Shown: piece after piece, positions 9,756 through 19,787 of the stretch
How the letters are laid out: each line of letters starts with the position of its first letter
How positions within the stretch are numbered: the first letter of the stretch is position 1
NCBI GenBank assembly: GCA_019358895.1
Contig: JAHHIG010000010.1
Coordinates: forward strand, 27,510 to 91,509
DNA: 64,000 bases
Reading direction: 5' to 3'
Source: Tildeniella nuda ZEHNDER 1965/U140
GTDB taxonomy: Bacteria > Cyanobacteriota > Cyanobacteriia > Leptolyngbyales > Leptolyngbyaceae
The notes under the pieces: generated by a model
Databases searched by the model: none
What the model was told of the DNA's origin: nothing
What the model saw: only the letters and a program-made list of their open reading frames with translations
Translations under genes and position numbers: made by a program

Positions 9756-11288
9756 ATGCCAAGTGATTCCATTGAGCCATTTTCTGATAACTGGGCGTAC
9801 TTAAGGGCAGAGTTACTCTGGCTCGATCGGCTTCTAAGCATGGCGATCGCACGGCAGCGGCACGAGACAAAAGTGGTCGATCAGGCGGCACGTTCTCGCG
9901 TCGATCGCGTCACGAGTCACTGGTGGAAAGGTTTAGTCACACTGGAAGGAGAGACTTCGTATGACTCTCCGGCTGAGCATCCACGCAGTCGATCGACCAC
10001 ACCGAAAGCCAGTTACCAGCAGCAGTTAGACGCAAAAATTCAGGTCAGCCAACAGCGCGGCGTTTTGCTGGGCGTACCATCCTTGTGCAACCGCTTACAG
10101 TTGAGCGTTCCTGAGAAAAACCTGGTGCTGATGGCACTTGCGCCCGAAATCAGCCGTCGATACGCGCGACTCTACAACTACCTGCAAGAAACCGAGCATC
10201 CCAGTGCCACAGGTCTACCCACCGTCGATCTCATCCTGCGGATGCTTTGCCGCACCGATGCTGAGTGGCGATCGCTCCGGCGCTGCATGACCGGAGATTC
10301 TACCCTGGTACAGCATCAACTCCTGGAACTGCGATCGACCCAAGCCGATCCGCTCCTGGCTCGTCTAGTCCGACTCTCTGATCCCTTAGTCAACTACCTC
10401 TTAGCCGATCGACCTGAAAGCGATGCTCTAGAAACACTAGTGCAACCCTCCACTCCCCACTCCCCACTCCCCACTCCCCACTCCCTATTCCCCATTCCCC
10501 ACTCCCTATTCCCCATTCCCCACTCCCCACTCCCCACCCTCTCCGCTCCCTCCCAAAACCTCTGGTCAAACCTCATCCTCCCTCCCCCCTTGATGGCAGA
10601 CCTTGAGCACCTGTGTCATCGTGTACAGTTTGCTCAACAGGTCGATGAAGACTGGGGTTTTGCATCGGGTGATGGCACACCGCAAACGGTCAAAACGGGA
10701 ACGATCGCGCTGCTCTGTGGAGCCTCTGGGACAGGCAAAATGATGGCAGCAGAGGCGATCGCCCAACGGCTGCAAACCTCCTTGTGCTGTCTTGATTTAG
10801 CGCAATGGCATCCGAATGATACGCCTCGCCTCTTGCAAGAAATCGCCGTACAAGCCCCAACCATCCTGTTGCTTAAGTCTGCTCAATACTGGTTTGGTCG
10901 TATACCATTGCTGCCAGAAGCTGCGCTCCAGCAGTTTCTTCAGACGCGGCAGCACCATAACGGCATCACCTTGCTCAGCGTTCATCAAAAGCACCACGTC
11001 ACTGCCCAATGGCGACGACCGATGAATCCAGTGCTAGATTTCCCCTTACCCGATCGAGCCAGTCGTCTCAAGCTCTGGCAGCAGGCATTTCCAGAAAACG
11101 TGCCCCTTGATGCCGCGATCGCGTGGGACAGTCTAGCGCAATTCGTCTTAAGTGGTGGCGATATTCGTGCGATCGCCCGCGATGCCGCTATCCATGCCGC
11201 TGCATTAAAGACTAAACTCACCACCGAACATTTGGTGCAAGCGTGTGAACGGCTGAAGGGAAAATGCAAGAAAGGGCAAAAGTTTTAA
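9756..11288 (+). CDS. AAA+ family protein (Pvc15/Afp15-like architecture) with degenerate ATPase motifs
   Basis: Walker A-like GASGTGKMMAAE; C-terminal PLPDRASRLKLW...LSGGDIRAIARDAA; N-terminal winged-helix-like region (LVLMALAPEI, PTVDLIL). Confidence 0.75.
   Translation: MPSDSIEPFSDNWAYLRAELLWLDRLLSMAIARQRHETKVVDQAARSRVDRVTSHWWKGLVTLEGETSYDSPAEHPRSRSTTPKASYQQQLDAKIQVSQQRGVLLGVPSLCNRLQLSVPEKNLVLMALAPEISRRYARLYNYLQETEHPSATGLPTVDLILRMLCRTDAEWRSLRRCMTGDSTLVQHQLLELRSTQADPLLARLVRLSDPLVNYLLADRPESDALETLVQPSTPHSPLPTPHSLFPIPHSLFPIPHSPLPTLSAPSQNLWSNLILPPPLMADLEHLCHRVQFAQQVDEDWGFASGDGTPQTVKTGTIALLCGASGTGKMMAAEAIAQRLQTSLCCLDLAQWHPNDTPRLLQEIAVQAPTILLLKSAQYWFGRIPLLPEAALQQFLQTRQHHNGITLLSVHQKHHVTAQWRRPMNPVLDFPLPDRASRLKLWQQAFPENVPLDAAIAWDSLAQFVLSGGDIRAIARDAAIHAAALKTKLTTEHLVQACERLKGKCKKGQKF
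10450..10537 (+). repeat. STRR1-like heptamer tandem repeat (CCCCACT/CCCCATT/CCCTATT), in frame within the AAA gene
   Basis: About 12 heptamers seen directly; they translate as PHSPLPT/PHSLFPI. Confidence 0.9.
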
Positions 11289-11293
11289 GTGGA

Positions 11294-11447
11294 TCAGCTT
11301 TTAGCTTTCAGCTTTCAGCTCTCAGCTTTCAGCTTTCAGCTTTCAGCTCTCAGCTTTCAGCTTTCAGCTCTCAGCTTTCAGCTCTCAGCTCTCAGCTTTC
11401 AGCTTTTAGCTTTCAGCTTTTAGCTTTCAGCTTTCAGCTTTTAGCCT
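11294..11447. repeat. Heptamer tandem array (TCAGCTT/TCAGCTC/TTAGCTT), about 22 units
   Basis: Seen directly in the convergent intergenic region. Confidence 0.95.
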
Positions 11448-11480
11448 TTAACGATGGCAACCAACAAGCTCTCCTAACCA

Positions 11481-11532
11481 CTGACCGCTGACCGCTGACC
11501 GCTGACCGCTAACCGCTGACCGCTGACCGCTA
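11481..11532. repeat. Heptamer tandem array (CTGACCG), about 7 units
   Basis: Seen directly. Confidence 0.95.
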
Positions 11533-11537
11533 ATTCC

Positions 11538-11897
11538 TCAAGGCAAGCGATCGCCCAATTTACTCACGATCGGCAACCGCAACGCTTTGCGCCGCCACAG
11601 TTGCACCATCAACCAGAGATTCACCAAAAAGTAACCAGAGGTGAACAAGCTACTCGTGATCAAGAGCGGCAGAGACAGCGACTCAGAAGCATTTGCGCCT
11701 GCGCCTAACAGCATATAGCCCACGAGCCAACCCAGTGCCAGTGTCACTACAAGACGACTCAGATTCTTCTGTTGCCGTGTGCCGTGCCCTCGGTAGAGCG
11801 TCCAGAGCGCTGGGAAGAAGCCTACGACAGGAACGAGGTATAGAAAGAGCTGAAGACGCTTAAAGTCTTGGTTCTCAAATGGTTCCAGGTCATGCAT
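11538..11897 (-). CDS. Hypothetical membrane protein
   Basis: 119-aa ORF with three hydrophobic segments. Confidence 0.75.
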   Translation of the reverse strand: MHDLEPFENQDFKRLQLFLYLVPVVGFFPALWTLYRGHGTRQQKNLSRLVVTLALGWLVGYMLLGAGANASESLSLPLLITSSLFTSGYFLVNLWLMVQLWRRKALRLPIVSKLGDRLP

Positions 11898-12051
11898 ACG
11901 GCTTCACTCACAGGATTTTCTCACTCCTGGACGGTGGAAACCTGACCGTACGGTGCGATCGTCCAGGACAAATCAATAATAGCTCTCGCGCTTCGATAGT
12001 TTGCGTCGGCTAACTTTGGTTCCTTAGGAATGAGGCTTCAATGACGTACGC

Positions 12052-12189
12052 GATATGCAACTTTCCTAAAATACCTGCTGAGACCGCCATTACCTTAGCC
12101 CTATCCCAGCAGGAGAGGGAACCGGAAACGCCCGAAAGCCTTTCTACCTGAAGAGAAGCGTGGGAATGAGGGCAAACTTCGTTGCACAT
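12052..12189. repeat. Degenerate palindromic dispersed repeat related to the family A internal motif
   Basis: gccctatcccagcaggagaggga...gggaatgagggcaaac, flanked by a weak inverted repeat GAT(A/G)TGCAAC. Confidence 0.4.
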
Positions 12190-12277
12190 CACGTTAAGAA
12201 AAGAATGCAGCAATTCTCCTGCTGTTAAGGGCGATCGGGAGTATTGCTGCACTAGCCATGTGATTTAATTGCGATCG

Positions 12278-12697
12278 CTACTTTTCAATCTTGACTGAAA
12301 TGATCTTGTCACCCTTGCGGAGAGCATTCACCACATCCATATCCTGAGTTTGACCAAAGGTTGTATGTACACCGTCCAGATGCGATTGAGGAGAATGGCA
12401 AATAAAGAATTGACTGCCGCCTGTGTTTGCACCTGCATGAGCCATCGATAGTGTGCCAGCAAGGTGCTTATTGTGGTTAAGCTCATCCTTAATTTTGTAG
12501 CCTGGTCCACCTGTGCCTGTGCCTAGCGGACAGCCTCCCTGCACCATAAAGTCGGGAATGACGCGATGGAAGGTTAGCCCGTTGTAGAAGCCTTTCTCAG
12601 AAAGATCGACAAAGTTTTTGACAGTATTCGGTGCATCGGCATCGAATAAATCGAGATGAATAGTACCCTTTTCAGTTTCCATAATGGCGCGGGTCAT
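12278..12697 (-). CDS. Cyclophilin-type peptidyl-prolyl cis-trans isomerase
   Basis: [47 protein letters not shown]. Confidence 0.95.
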   Translation of the reverse strand: MTRAIMETEKGTIHLDLFDADAPNTVKNFVDLSEKGFYNGLTFHRVIPDFMVQGGCPLGTGTGGPGYKIKDELNHNKHLAGTLSMAHAGANTGGSQFFICHSPQSHLDGVHTTFGQTQDMDVVNALRKGDKIISVKIEK

Positions 12698-12848
12698 GAT
12701 ATCTCCTTAGTCCGGCGTGCGGTCGTTAGTTGAGAAAAGTCCATCTAAGATCCTAACGCTAGATGCGCCTTACAGTCTTTGATCTGAAAAATCCTTGTGA
12801 GTCTGCGCCTTGGGGTCTGTAGCTGCATCTGGTGAGGAGCGGTACCAC

Positions 12849-13358
12849 TCACGCAGACTCAGGGTTGAGTTTGTCCATTGCCCACGTGGTATACGTGCCG
12901 ATCGGACCCCACAGAAGGTACGGCACCAACAGTAGCGCTGCCCAACCTGAGACTTGCCAAACGGCGAGAGTCAAAAGCAACCCAATCACGACACCAACAC
13001 CACCAACGATCGTGCCAGCCTTTAAGCTTCGTAACCAAAGTGTTGCAGGAGAATACAGGACGATCGCCACTTCTAGCAGCGCATACGCTCCCATGAGAAA
13101 CCAAGTCTTGTCACTACCAGGGTCGCGTTCCCACACCATGTAAGCTGACCAAGCTCCACAGATTAGAATGATCGTCCAAATGATTGGAATCAGTGCCTCA
13201 AAGGTCAGCCAACGTGGTCGTTGTAGCCGTGCAAACCATTTGACATCTTTAGGTCGCAGAATGCTGCTGGCAAACGCGATTAAGAACGTTACTCCTCCAA
13301 TCACCATCCAGGACTTAAGCATACTTTTCGATACTCCACAGGCAGGGTGTCTACACAT
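12849..13358 (-). CDS. TspO/MBR-family membrane protein
   Basis: WFARLQRPRWLTFE, IWTII, LLVPYLLW; five TM segments. Confidence 0.9.
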   Translation of the reverse strand: MCRHPACGVSKSMLKSWMVIGGVTFLIAFASSILRPKDVKWFARLQRPRWLTFEALIPIIWTIILICGAWSAYMVWERDPGSDKTWFLMGAYALLEVAIVLYSPATLWLRSLKAGTIVGGVGVVIGLLLTLAVWQVSGWAALLLVPYLLWGPIGTYTTWAMDKLNPESA

Positions 13359-13432
13359 CGCAGTGCAGATTCACCAATTATGTCAGGACAGGGAAATAAC
13401 TCAATCTGTCCTTGGTGCGATCGTGAGCAGCA

Positions 13433-13999
13433 TCATTCAGCTTGGCAGTACTGATTTACTTCTTGCACTAACGCGCCTTCACGAGCCTGCGTTTCAATCA
13501 ACATCCGATTCACCTGACTGACAACTTTTAAGTTGTTGACAGGCGCAGTTACTACTTGACCGCTTGCTTTACTGGTATCGCGATACAACTGCATAAACTG
13601 CGACTGAAACGCCTGAATATGCGGGTTAGCAAATTCCATCAGTTCCAGCTGATCAGCATAGCCATTGAGCTTGATCGCTGTCTTTAACAAGCGGCGGTTA
13701 TCGTCGGCGATCGATAGCCCTAGCGCATCCGGCTGTGCTTCAGCCGCTTCGTTAACGATCGCCACCAACTGATTGCATTGCGAAACCTTGCTCTTTGCAT
13801 GGTGCGCGATCGCAATCGTCAGAATACAAGCACCTGCGAACAAACAGGCATACCTGCGGGTAAAAAAAGTTGCCTTCCTCGTTGCCTTAGCTTCAAGGCG
13901 ATCGCGAATGACGGTTTTCACTGAGGTTTTCCAGAAAAGGTGTATGAACTGGATGCGAAAAGCCGTATTCACACGGGGGCAAGAGCGAATACAAGCCAA
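13433..13999 (-). CDS. Hypothetical membrane-anchored helical protein (true start probably downstream of 13999)
   Basis: TM segment, then SKVSQCNQLVAIVN...EVNQYCQ with paired Cys. Confidence 0.6.
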   Translation of the reverse strand: MACIRSCPRVNTAFRIQFIHLFWKTSVKTVIRDRLEAKATRKATFFTRRYACLFAGACILTIAIAHHAKSKVSQCNQLVAIVNEAAEAQPDALGLSIADDNRRLLKTAIKLNGYADQLELMEFANPHIQAFQSQFMQLYRDTSKASGQVVTAPVNNLKVVSQVNRMLIETQAREGALVQEVNQYCQAE

Positions 14000-14076
14000 G
14001 TGTCACACAACACAATACTGACCAGCAAGTGAAAATCCGTAGAAACCGCGAAGATTGCGTGAGGTTTTGCTCAGCG

Positions 14077-15339
14077 TTAGCCAAAAATACTGCCAAAGAA
14101 CTCGACGGCTTCTTTCAACGACACAATGAATACATCAATCTCTTCACGCGTGTTGTAAAAGTAGAGGCTTGCTCGTGCAGTGGACTGTGCCCCGATGTGC
14201 CGATGCAAGGGTTGGGTGCAGTGATGTCCAGCCCGAATCGCCACGCCTGCCTGATCCAGAATCGTCGAGAGGTCGTGGGGATGCACATCACCAGCCGTGA
14301 ACGCTGCCAGCGCTGCCCGTCCGCTCCCATCGGCATTCGGTTTAGGACCATACAGCCTGAATGCAGGAATTTGTTGCAACTGCTGGAACAGGTAGCCAGT
14401 CAGCTCTTCTTCGTAAGCATGAATGGTATCCATGCCGATCGCGCTTAAATAATCCACTGCGGCACCCAGCGCGATCGCCTCGGCAATGGCAGGTGTTCCC
14501 GCTTCAAATTTGTGAGGCAGATCTGCGTAGGTCGCATGATCTAAAAACACATCCGCAATCATCTCGCCACCACCCAGAAAGGGAGGCATAGAGCGGAGGA
14601 GAGCCAATTTGCCGTAGAGAAAACCGATCCCCGTTGGGGCGCACATCTTATGCCCAGAGGCTACCAGCCAATCGCAGTCGATATCTTGTACGTCGATCGC
14701 CATGTGGGGGACGCTCTGGCAGGCATCAATGAGCACTTTTGCACCGTACTGGTGGGCGATCGCACAAATTTCTTTCACCGGGTTAATGCAGCCCAACGTG
14801 TTAGACACATGCACCACCGAAACCAGCTTCGTTTTATTCGACAGCAGTGACTTGAAGTGGTCTAGATCAAATTCTTCAGCTTCCGTTAGCTCAACGAACT
14901 TCAGCACTGCACCCGATCGCTGTGCCAGCAGTTGCCAGGGGATCAGGTTGCTGTGGTGCTCCATCACCGAGAGGATGATTTCATCGCCCTGCGTCACATT
15001 GGCATTCCCCCACGCATAGGCAACCAGATTAATCGCCTCACTCGCATTGCGGGTGTAGACAATCTCTTGCCGCGATGCCGCATTCACAAACGCCGCGACC
15101 TTATCCCGTGCTCCTTCATAGGCATCCGTTGCCCGTGAACTCAGGGTATGCACACCCCGATGCACGTTAGCGTTGTCGTGTTCGTAGTAATGGCGGAGGG
15201 CGTTGAGCACCGCGATCGGCTTTTGTGAAGTCGCCGCATTATCCAGATACACCAACGGCTTATCGTGAATCTGTTCGTTCAGAATCGGAAAATCAGCGCG
15301 AACTCCAGCAGCAAGGGGCTTGGTTTGAATGAGGGTCAT
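14077..15339 (-). CDS. sufS: SufS cysteine desulfurase
   Basis: [17 protein letters not shown] (PLP lysine), RAGHHCTQP; operon context. Confidence 0.97.
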   Translation of the reverse strand: MTLIQTKPLAAGVRADFPILNEQIHDKPLVYLDNAATSQKPIAVLNALRHYYEHDNANVHRGVHTLSSRATDAYEGARDKVAAFVNAASRQEIVYTRNASEAINLVAYAWGNANVTQGDEIILSVMEHHSNLIPWQLLAQRSGAVLKFVELTEAEEFDLDHFKSLLSNKTKLVSVVHVSNTLGCINPVKEICAIAHQYGAKVLIDACQSVPHMAIDVQDIDCDWLVASGHKMCAPTGIGFLYGKLALLRSMPPFLGGGEMIADVFLDHATYADLPHKFEAGTPAIAEAIALGAAVDYLSAIGMDTIHAYEEELTGYLFQQLQQIPAFRLYGPKPNADGSGRAALAAFTAGDVHPHDLSTILDQAGVAIRAGHHCTQPLHRHIGAQSTARASLYFYNTREEIDVFIVSLKEAVEFFGSIFG

Positions 15340-15349
15340 AGCAAGAGAA

Positions 15350-15495
15350 GGATAAGGGATGAAGAATGAAGGATGAAAGGCTAAAGGATAAAGGCTGAAG
15401 GATGAAAAGCTACAAGGATGAAGGTTTTTAGTTGAGACAGCTAGCAGTTTTTACCTTTTACCTTCTGCCCTCTGCCTTCTGCCTCCTGCCTTCTT
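15350..15495. repeat. Inverted pair of degenerate heptamer arrays (GGATGAA-type and TTCTGCC-type) between sufS and sufD
   Basis: Seen directly. Confidence 0.75.
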
Positions 15496-15499
15496 CACT

Positions 15500-16843
15500 T
15501 CACGCTTGCTGTTCACGCACGATCGCCGCCAATTTCTCTCTCAGCGACGCAACGGGAATTTCACGAATGACCTCATACGCAAAGGCGTAGGTCAACAATT
15601 TACGAGCGCTGTCTTCGTCGATGCCACGACTTTGCAGGTAAAAGACTTCATCGCTGTCGAGCTGGCTAACGGTTGCGCCGTGGGTACACTTCACATTGTC
15701 AGCCGTGATTTCGAGTTGGGGTTTGGTATCGACTCGTGCTTTCGGTGACAGCAACAGATTGCTGCTGAGTTGCTTTGCATCAGTCAGTTGAGCGGCTTTA
15801 GGGACGTAGACTTTGCCATTGAAGATAGCATGAGCGCGATCGTCCACAATGCACTTATGAATCTGATTGCTGCTGCCGTGGGGATGGGTATAGGCGATCG
15901 TGCTGTGCGTATCGGCTACCTGCTCACCATTGATGATCGTCAAGCCGTGCAACGTTGTTTCAGTCTGCTCTCCAGTGTGATGAACCTCTAAATTGTGGCG
16001 CGAGAGTTTTGCACCGAGGCTCACGGCATTGCAGGTATAGCGAGAATCCCTCGCTTGCGAAACAGCGGTTTTGCCAATATGAAATGCTTCGGCGCTATCA
16101 CGCTGGATGCGAGTATGGTTCACTTCAGCATTTTCACCAACCCAAATTTCTGTCACGGGATTAGCGAAATAAGCACCGTCGTAAAGCGTCACATACTCTT
16201 CAACAAGCGTTAGCTTGCTACCTGATTCCGCAATCACAATGCAGCGAGGATGAGCGATCGTGGGCTGTGTTGCGGTTGAAAGGTACAGAATTTGGATGGG
16301 TGATGCGATCGCCTGATTTTTTTGCACCCAAACAACTGCACCATCCGTCAAGCTGGCAGTATTCAGCGCCGTGAAGGTTTCTTCTGAACCCTGCTGTTTC
16401 GCTAGGTAGTTTGGCAAGTCGCTCAGGAGTTCTGCACCAGCCGCGAGACTTGTGACCATCACACCATCGGGCAAGTCATCTACACTCGACAACGCCGGAT
16501 CGTACTGTCCATCCACAAAAACTAGGCGACTACTGACCGCTTCTGGCAGAATGAACGGCTGGATCGCGTCAAAGCTCAGGGTGGGCGCTTGCTTACTGCC
16601 TGCCTGAAAGCGAATTTGCAAAAGATCTGATAGATCGGTAAAGCGCCATTCTTCGTCACGGGTGGACGGAATTGCGAGTTCTTGCACTCTGGCAGTGGCA
16701 CGATCGCGAATCTCTTTCATCCAGATCACCGACTCATCCAGGGCGGGACGCAAACTTAATAGTTGCTGGAGAGATGCAGCGCGATCGTTCTTAGCCTTAC
16801 CATTACCGACCACAATATCGGACACGGTTGATTGAATCGTCAT
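15500..16843 (-). CDS. sufD: SufD Fe-S assembly protein
   Basis: [49 protein letters not shown]. Confidence 0.96.
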   Translation of the reverse strand: MTIQSTVSDIVVGNGKAKNDRAASLQQLLSLRPALDESVIWMKEIRDRATARVQELAIPSTRDEEWRFTDLSDLLQIRFQAGSKQAPTLSFDAIQPFILPEAVSSRLVFVDGQYDPALSSVDDLPDGVMVTSLAAGAELLSDLPNYLAKQQGSEETFTALNTASLTDGAVVWVQKNQAIASPIQILYLSTATQPTIAHPRCIVIAESGSKLTLVEEYVTLYDGAYFANPVTEIWVGENAEVNHTRIQRDSAEAFHIGKTAVSQARDSRYTCNAVSLGAKLSRHNLEVHHTGEQTETTLHGLTIINGEQVADTHSTIAYTHPHGSSNQIHKCIVDDRAHAIFNGKVYVPKAAQLTDAKQLSSNLLLSPKARVDTKPQLEITADNVKCTHGATVSQLDSDEVFYLQSRGIDEDSARKLLTYAFAYEVIREIPVASLREKLAAIVREQQA

Positions 16844-17631
16844 CGTGCACCGACCTCCGCTGCTTCCTCTTCGCGTACCCAGTCGTAGCCACGCGCTTCC
16901 AGCTCTAGCGCCAGTTCTTTGCCGCCTGTGGTGAGAATGCGTCCGCCTTCCATGACGTGGACATAATCGGGAGTGATGTAGTCGAGCAGGCGCTGGTAGT
17001 GGGTGATGAGGACGATCGCATTTTCCGCATTCGCCAATTGATTCACCCCATTCGACACAATCTTGAGTGCATCAATGTCCAGACCCGAATCGGTTTCATC
17101 CAGAATGCCAAGCGTCGGCTCCAGCATCGCCATCTGCAGAATTTCGTTGCGCTTTTTCTCACCACCCGAAAAGCCTTCATTCAAGCTACGGCTGAGAAAT
17201 GCGGGATCCATTTTGACGATATCCAGCTTTTGCTTAACCAGATCATCAAAATCGAAGGCATCCAGTTCTTCTAAGCCCTGATGTTTGCGTTTGGAATTGT
17301 ACGCCACGCGCAAGAAATCTAAGTTGCTGACACCCGGAATTTCAATGGGGTATTGAAAGGCGAGAAAAATACCCGATCGTGCTCGTTCTTCTGCCTCTAA
17401 TTCCAGCAGATTTTTGCCCTGAAAGTGGATTTCTCCACCTGTCACGGTGTAATCAGGATGACCCGCCAGCACTTTAGAAAAGGTGCTTTTACCAGAGCCA
17501 TTGGGTCCCATAATCGCGTGAATTTCACCCGCTTTGACTTCCAGATTCAATCCTTTGAGGATCTGAATCCCATCCACTTCAGCGGTCAGATTTCGCACTG
17601 AAAGAATTACTTCACTATCGTCACGAATCAC
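16840..17631 (-). CDS. sufC: SufC ABC ATPase
   Basis: [45 protein letters not shown]. Confidence 0.97.
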   Translation of the reverse strand: MIRDDSEVILSVRNLTAEVDGIQILKGLNLEVKAGEIHAIMGPNGSGKSTFSKVLAGHPDYTVTGGEIHFQGKNLLELEAEERARSGIFLAFQYPIEIPGVSNLDFLRVAYNSKRKHQGLEELDAFDFDDLVKQKLDIVKMDPAFLSRSLNEGFSGGEKKRNEILQMAMLEPTLGILDETDSGLDIDALKIVSNGVNQLANAENAIVLITHYQRLLDYITPDYVHVMEGGRILTTGGKELALELEARGYDWVREEEAAEVGAR

Positions 17632-17657
17632 GTTTTAGCCTCTCTCACAAATATTTT

Positions 17658-18278
17658 TTACAGTTGTCCAATATGCTTCAAAATTGCCACAACACTGTAG
17701 AGATCATTTCCAGGATTACGAATTTCAAAGATCCTAGAAATTGCATACTGACTCACATTGCCTTGAACTAGCTTGACAAACATGAAGCTACCTCCCGTGA
17801 CGATCAAACCAAAACTAGGCTTGCTTGGGTGAGGATTTGCCAGCATATACGCCAACAATTGGGCAAGACCTGCTTCGATCGAGAAAGACGCTTCCTTCGA
17901 TTCGATCGCCATTACCCATAGCTGCTCTTTCAAGAGAATCAGATCTGCTTGCCCCCGAATAGTTATGCCCTCATCTTCGGCAGAAATTTCAACTGATCTT
18001 TCGGCTTGAATATGAAAGGGCGGCAAGAAGAAATTAGCAACGAACAAAACGGGACCAAGAATCGCAATTTGAACTGCTTTCTCTAACAAAGGTGGGTGGT
18101 CAATCAAATTGAAATACCCTTCTTGTACCTTATCCAGAAATTGCTTCTCTGCATCGGTAATGTCAGGCAATACATCTTGCCACTCTCGAAAAAATTGCTC
18201 ATCACGAATAAGCTGAAGCCCAAAATTATCAATTAAGTGGCGTAGAGTGACGTTTCTAGCTTGTAAGGTTTGAACCAT
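17658..18278 (-). CDS. HsdR_N-like PD-(D/E)XK nuclease domain protein
   Basis: RGQADLILL...AIESK...QLLAYM and GLIVTGGSFMF; widespread small cyanobacterial family. Confidence 0.75.
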   Translation of the reverse strand: MVQTLQARNVTLRHLIDNFGLQLIRDEQFFREWQDVLPDITDAEKQFLDKVQEGYFNLIDHPPLLEKAVQIAILGPVLFVANFFLPPFHIQAERSVEISAEDEGITIRGQADLILLKEQLWVMAIESKEASFSIEAGLAQLLAYMLANPHPSKPSFGLIVTGGSFMFVKLVQGNVSQYAISRIFEIRNPGNDLYSVVAILKHIGQL

Positions 18279-18279
18279 T

Positions 18280-19299
18280 TCATTCGCCCCGCATCAACAA
18301 CTCTGTGGTAGTGGCTGGATTTTTCCGCAAGGCTGACAGCGGCACATATCGTTGACCTTGAGTAAAAGCGTAGGGTCTACCCGCCTCATTCTTAAGGTCG
18401 TTTTTTATAGCTTGTGTCAGCTTAATTGTATCTGGCGAAGTGGGAGAAGATAGGAAAAACACCTTTAATTTGACACCATATCTAGAGCTGCTGTGTTTTT
18501 TAAGCTGCTTAACCAATTGAAGCAGATCCTGCTTCGTTTCTAACGAAAGTTGAGCCTCTTCAATCGCTTCTTCTGTTAAAGTAACATCTTCAATCGGTTT
18601 GCCAATGATCTTAGGAATGTATTGATCGATCACGCCGCCGTGATAAAAGCCGATATATTCAACAGGCTGAAACGAGCGGTTGGGCTGGCAAACGTAAACT
18701 GAAAAGCTTCGATAGTCCTGAATTGCTGATCTGGCTGGAACAATCAGAACTGCATCAGACTTGCCACTGTTGATCAATCTTTCAGCCAGTAGCATTTGTA
18801 CCAGTTCACGGAGCAAGAAGCGCTCCTGTTCACTGGGAAGCGGCAAGTCTGACGTTAGCCATGATTCGTCTGTAGCAGTGATTTCAGCGATCGCATCATT
18901 GAGAGCGTTAAAACTTGCCCAGACAATCAAATCCGAATTCAACTCCTTAATCACTACAGGTGTCTCATAATCCGGTGTCAGAACAAGCAGCTTTTTTTTG
19001 TAAAAATTAGACAGTTTTAAGGCTTCTAAATGGTCTTCCAGTTGCTTCTTCACAACTGAATTCTGAACGACTTTTGTTTCGATTAAATAGGGAAATGAGG
19101 CTTGTATTGCGCCATCAGGAATTGATTTATCAGACTTAATCTGATTCTTGATCACCAACAGAGGCAGATTTGGCTCTTCACACAAGATCTGCAAGATGCG
19201 CTCTACCAATGCAAAAGAAATTCGCTCAAATACTGCAAGAATACTTGCGGTAACGCGATTTTCCCCTTGGCTGTAGCGCGAAAACAGTGGGTTAGGCAT
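18280..19299 (-). CDS. Putative PD-(D/E)XK nuclease with an additional C-terminal domain
   Basis: SQGENRVTASIL, IPDGAI-x-LIETK...QLEDH; AT-rich coding sequence. Confidence 0.65.
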   Translation of the reverse strand: MPNPLFSRYSQGENRVTASILAVFERISFALVERILQILCEEPNLPLLVIKNQIKSDKSIPDGAIQASFPYLIETKVVQNSVVKKQLEDHLEALKLSNFYKKKLLVLTPDYETPVVIKELNSDLIVWASFNALNDAIAEITATDESWLTSDLPLPSEQERFLLRELVQMLLAERLINSGKSDAVLIVPARSAIQDYRSFSVYVCQPNRSFQPVEYIGFYHGGVIDQYIPKIIGKPIEDVTLTEEAIEEAQLSLETKQDLLQLVKQLKKHSSSRYGVKLKVFFLSSPTSPDTIKLTQAIKNDLKNEAGRPYAFTQGQRYVPLSALRKNPATTTELLMRGE

Positions 19300-19322
19300 T
19301 AGATAGAGCGTTAAAAAGAAAC

Positions 19323-19775
19323 TTACATCAACATCATGCGGGCAACATTGGGGCTTTCAGGATTCACGATTAAACGTTCGCGTTTTGGATCAACTAATAC
19401 GTCCATCCCTTCCATTGGCATCGCTCCTAATAAAACAGTCCTGGAGTTTGGAACCACTAATGCCTCAACGCTAGTGCGCCGATTCTGAAATCTCACTTCA
19501 ACTGGACCGACCACTTCAAAGGTTGATGCTGATCTGTCTGCCAATTCTGCTTCAAGCTCAGTTACTTTTTGCAAATCCAATTGTTGCTTGACAAATTCTG
19601 GAATTGTAAGCATGGTCGCACCGCTATCCACCATTGCCCGAACTGTACAGCGATGTATCTGATCCACTTGAAGACGACCGCGCCGAAAAAAGGCTAAATC
19701 ATCGCCACTGAGCAGTTCAATCTCAGCAAATACTAAACCCATGCTTGCGAATGCCATTGGTTGAGTTCCTTCCAA
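19323..19775 (-). CDS. Clan AA (retropepsin-like) aspartic protease; probable start at 19742
   Basis: AMVDSGATMLTIP catalytic motif; VLLGAMPMEGMDVLVDP. Confidence 0.88.
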   Translation of the reverse strand: MEGTQPMAFASMGLVFAEIELLSGDDLAFFRRGRLQVDQIHRCTVRAMVDSGATMLTIPEFVKQQLDLQKVTELEAELADRSASTFEVVGPVEVRFQNRRTSVEALVVPNSRTVLLGAMPMEGMDVLVDPKRERLIVNPESPNVARMMLM

Positions 19776-19787
19776 AAGGACGTTCCC

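Noticed and set aside
9756-11288. Contractile injection system locus
   Set aside because: Only the AAA-like gene is present; no structural tail genes
11264-11491. 75-aa ORF with SFQLSA repeats
   Set aside because: Translation of the heptamer array; no protein-like content
11294-11532. Possible CRISPR array
   Set aside because: Contiguous 7-mers with no unique spacers, and no cas genes
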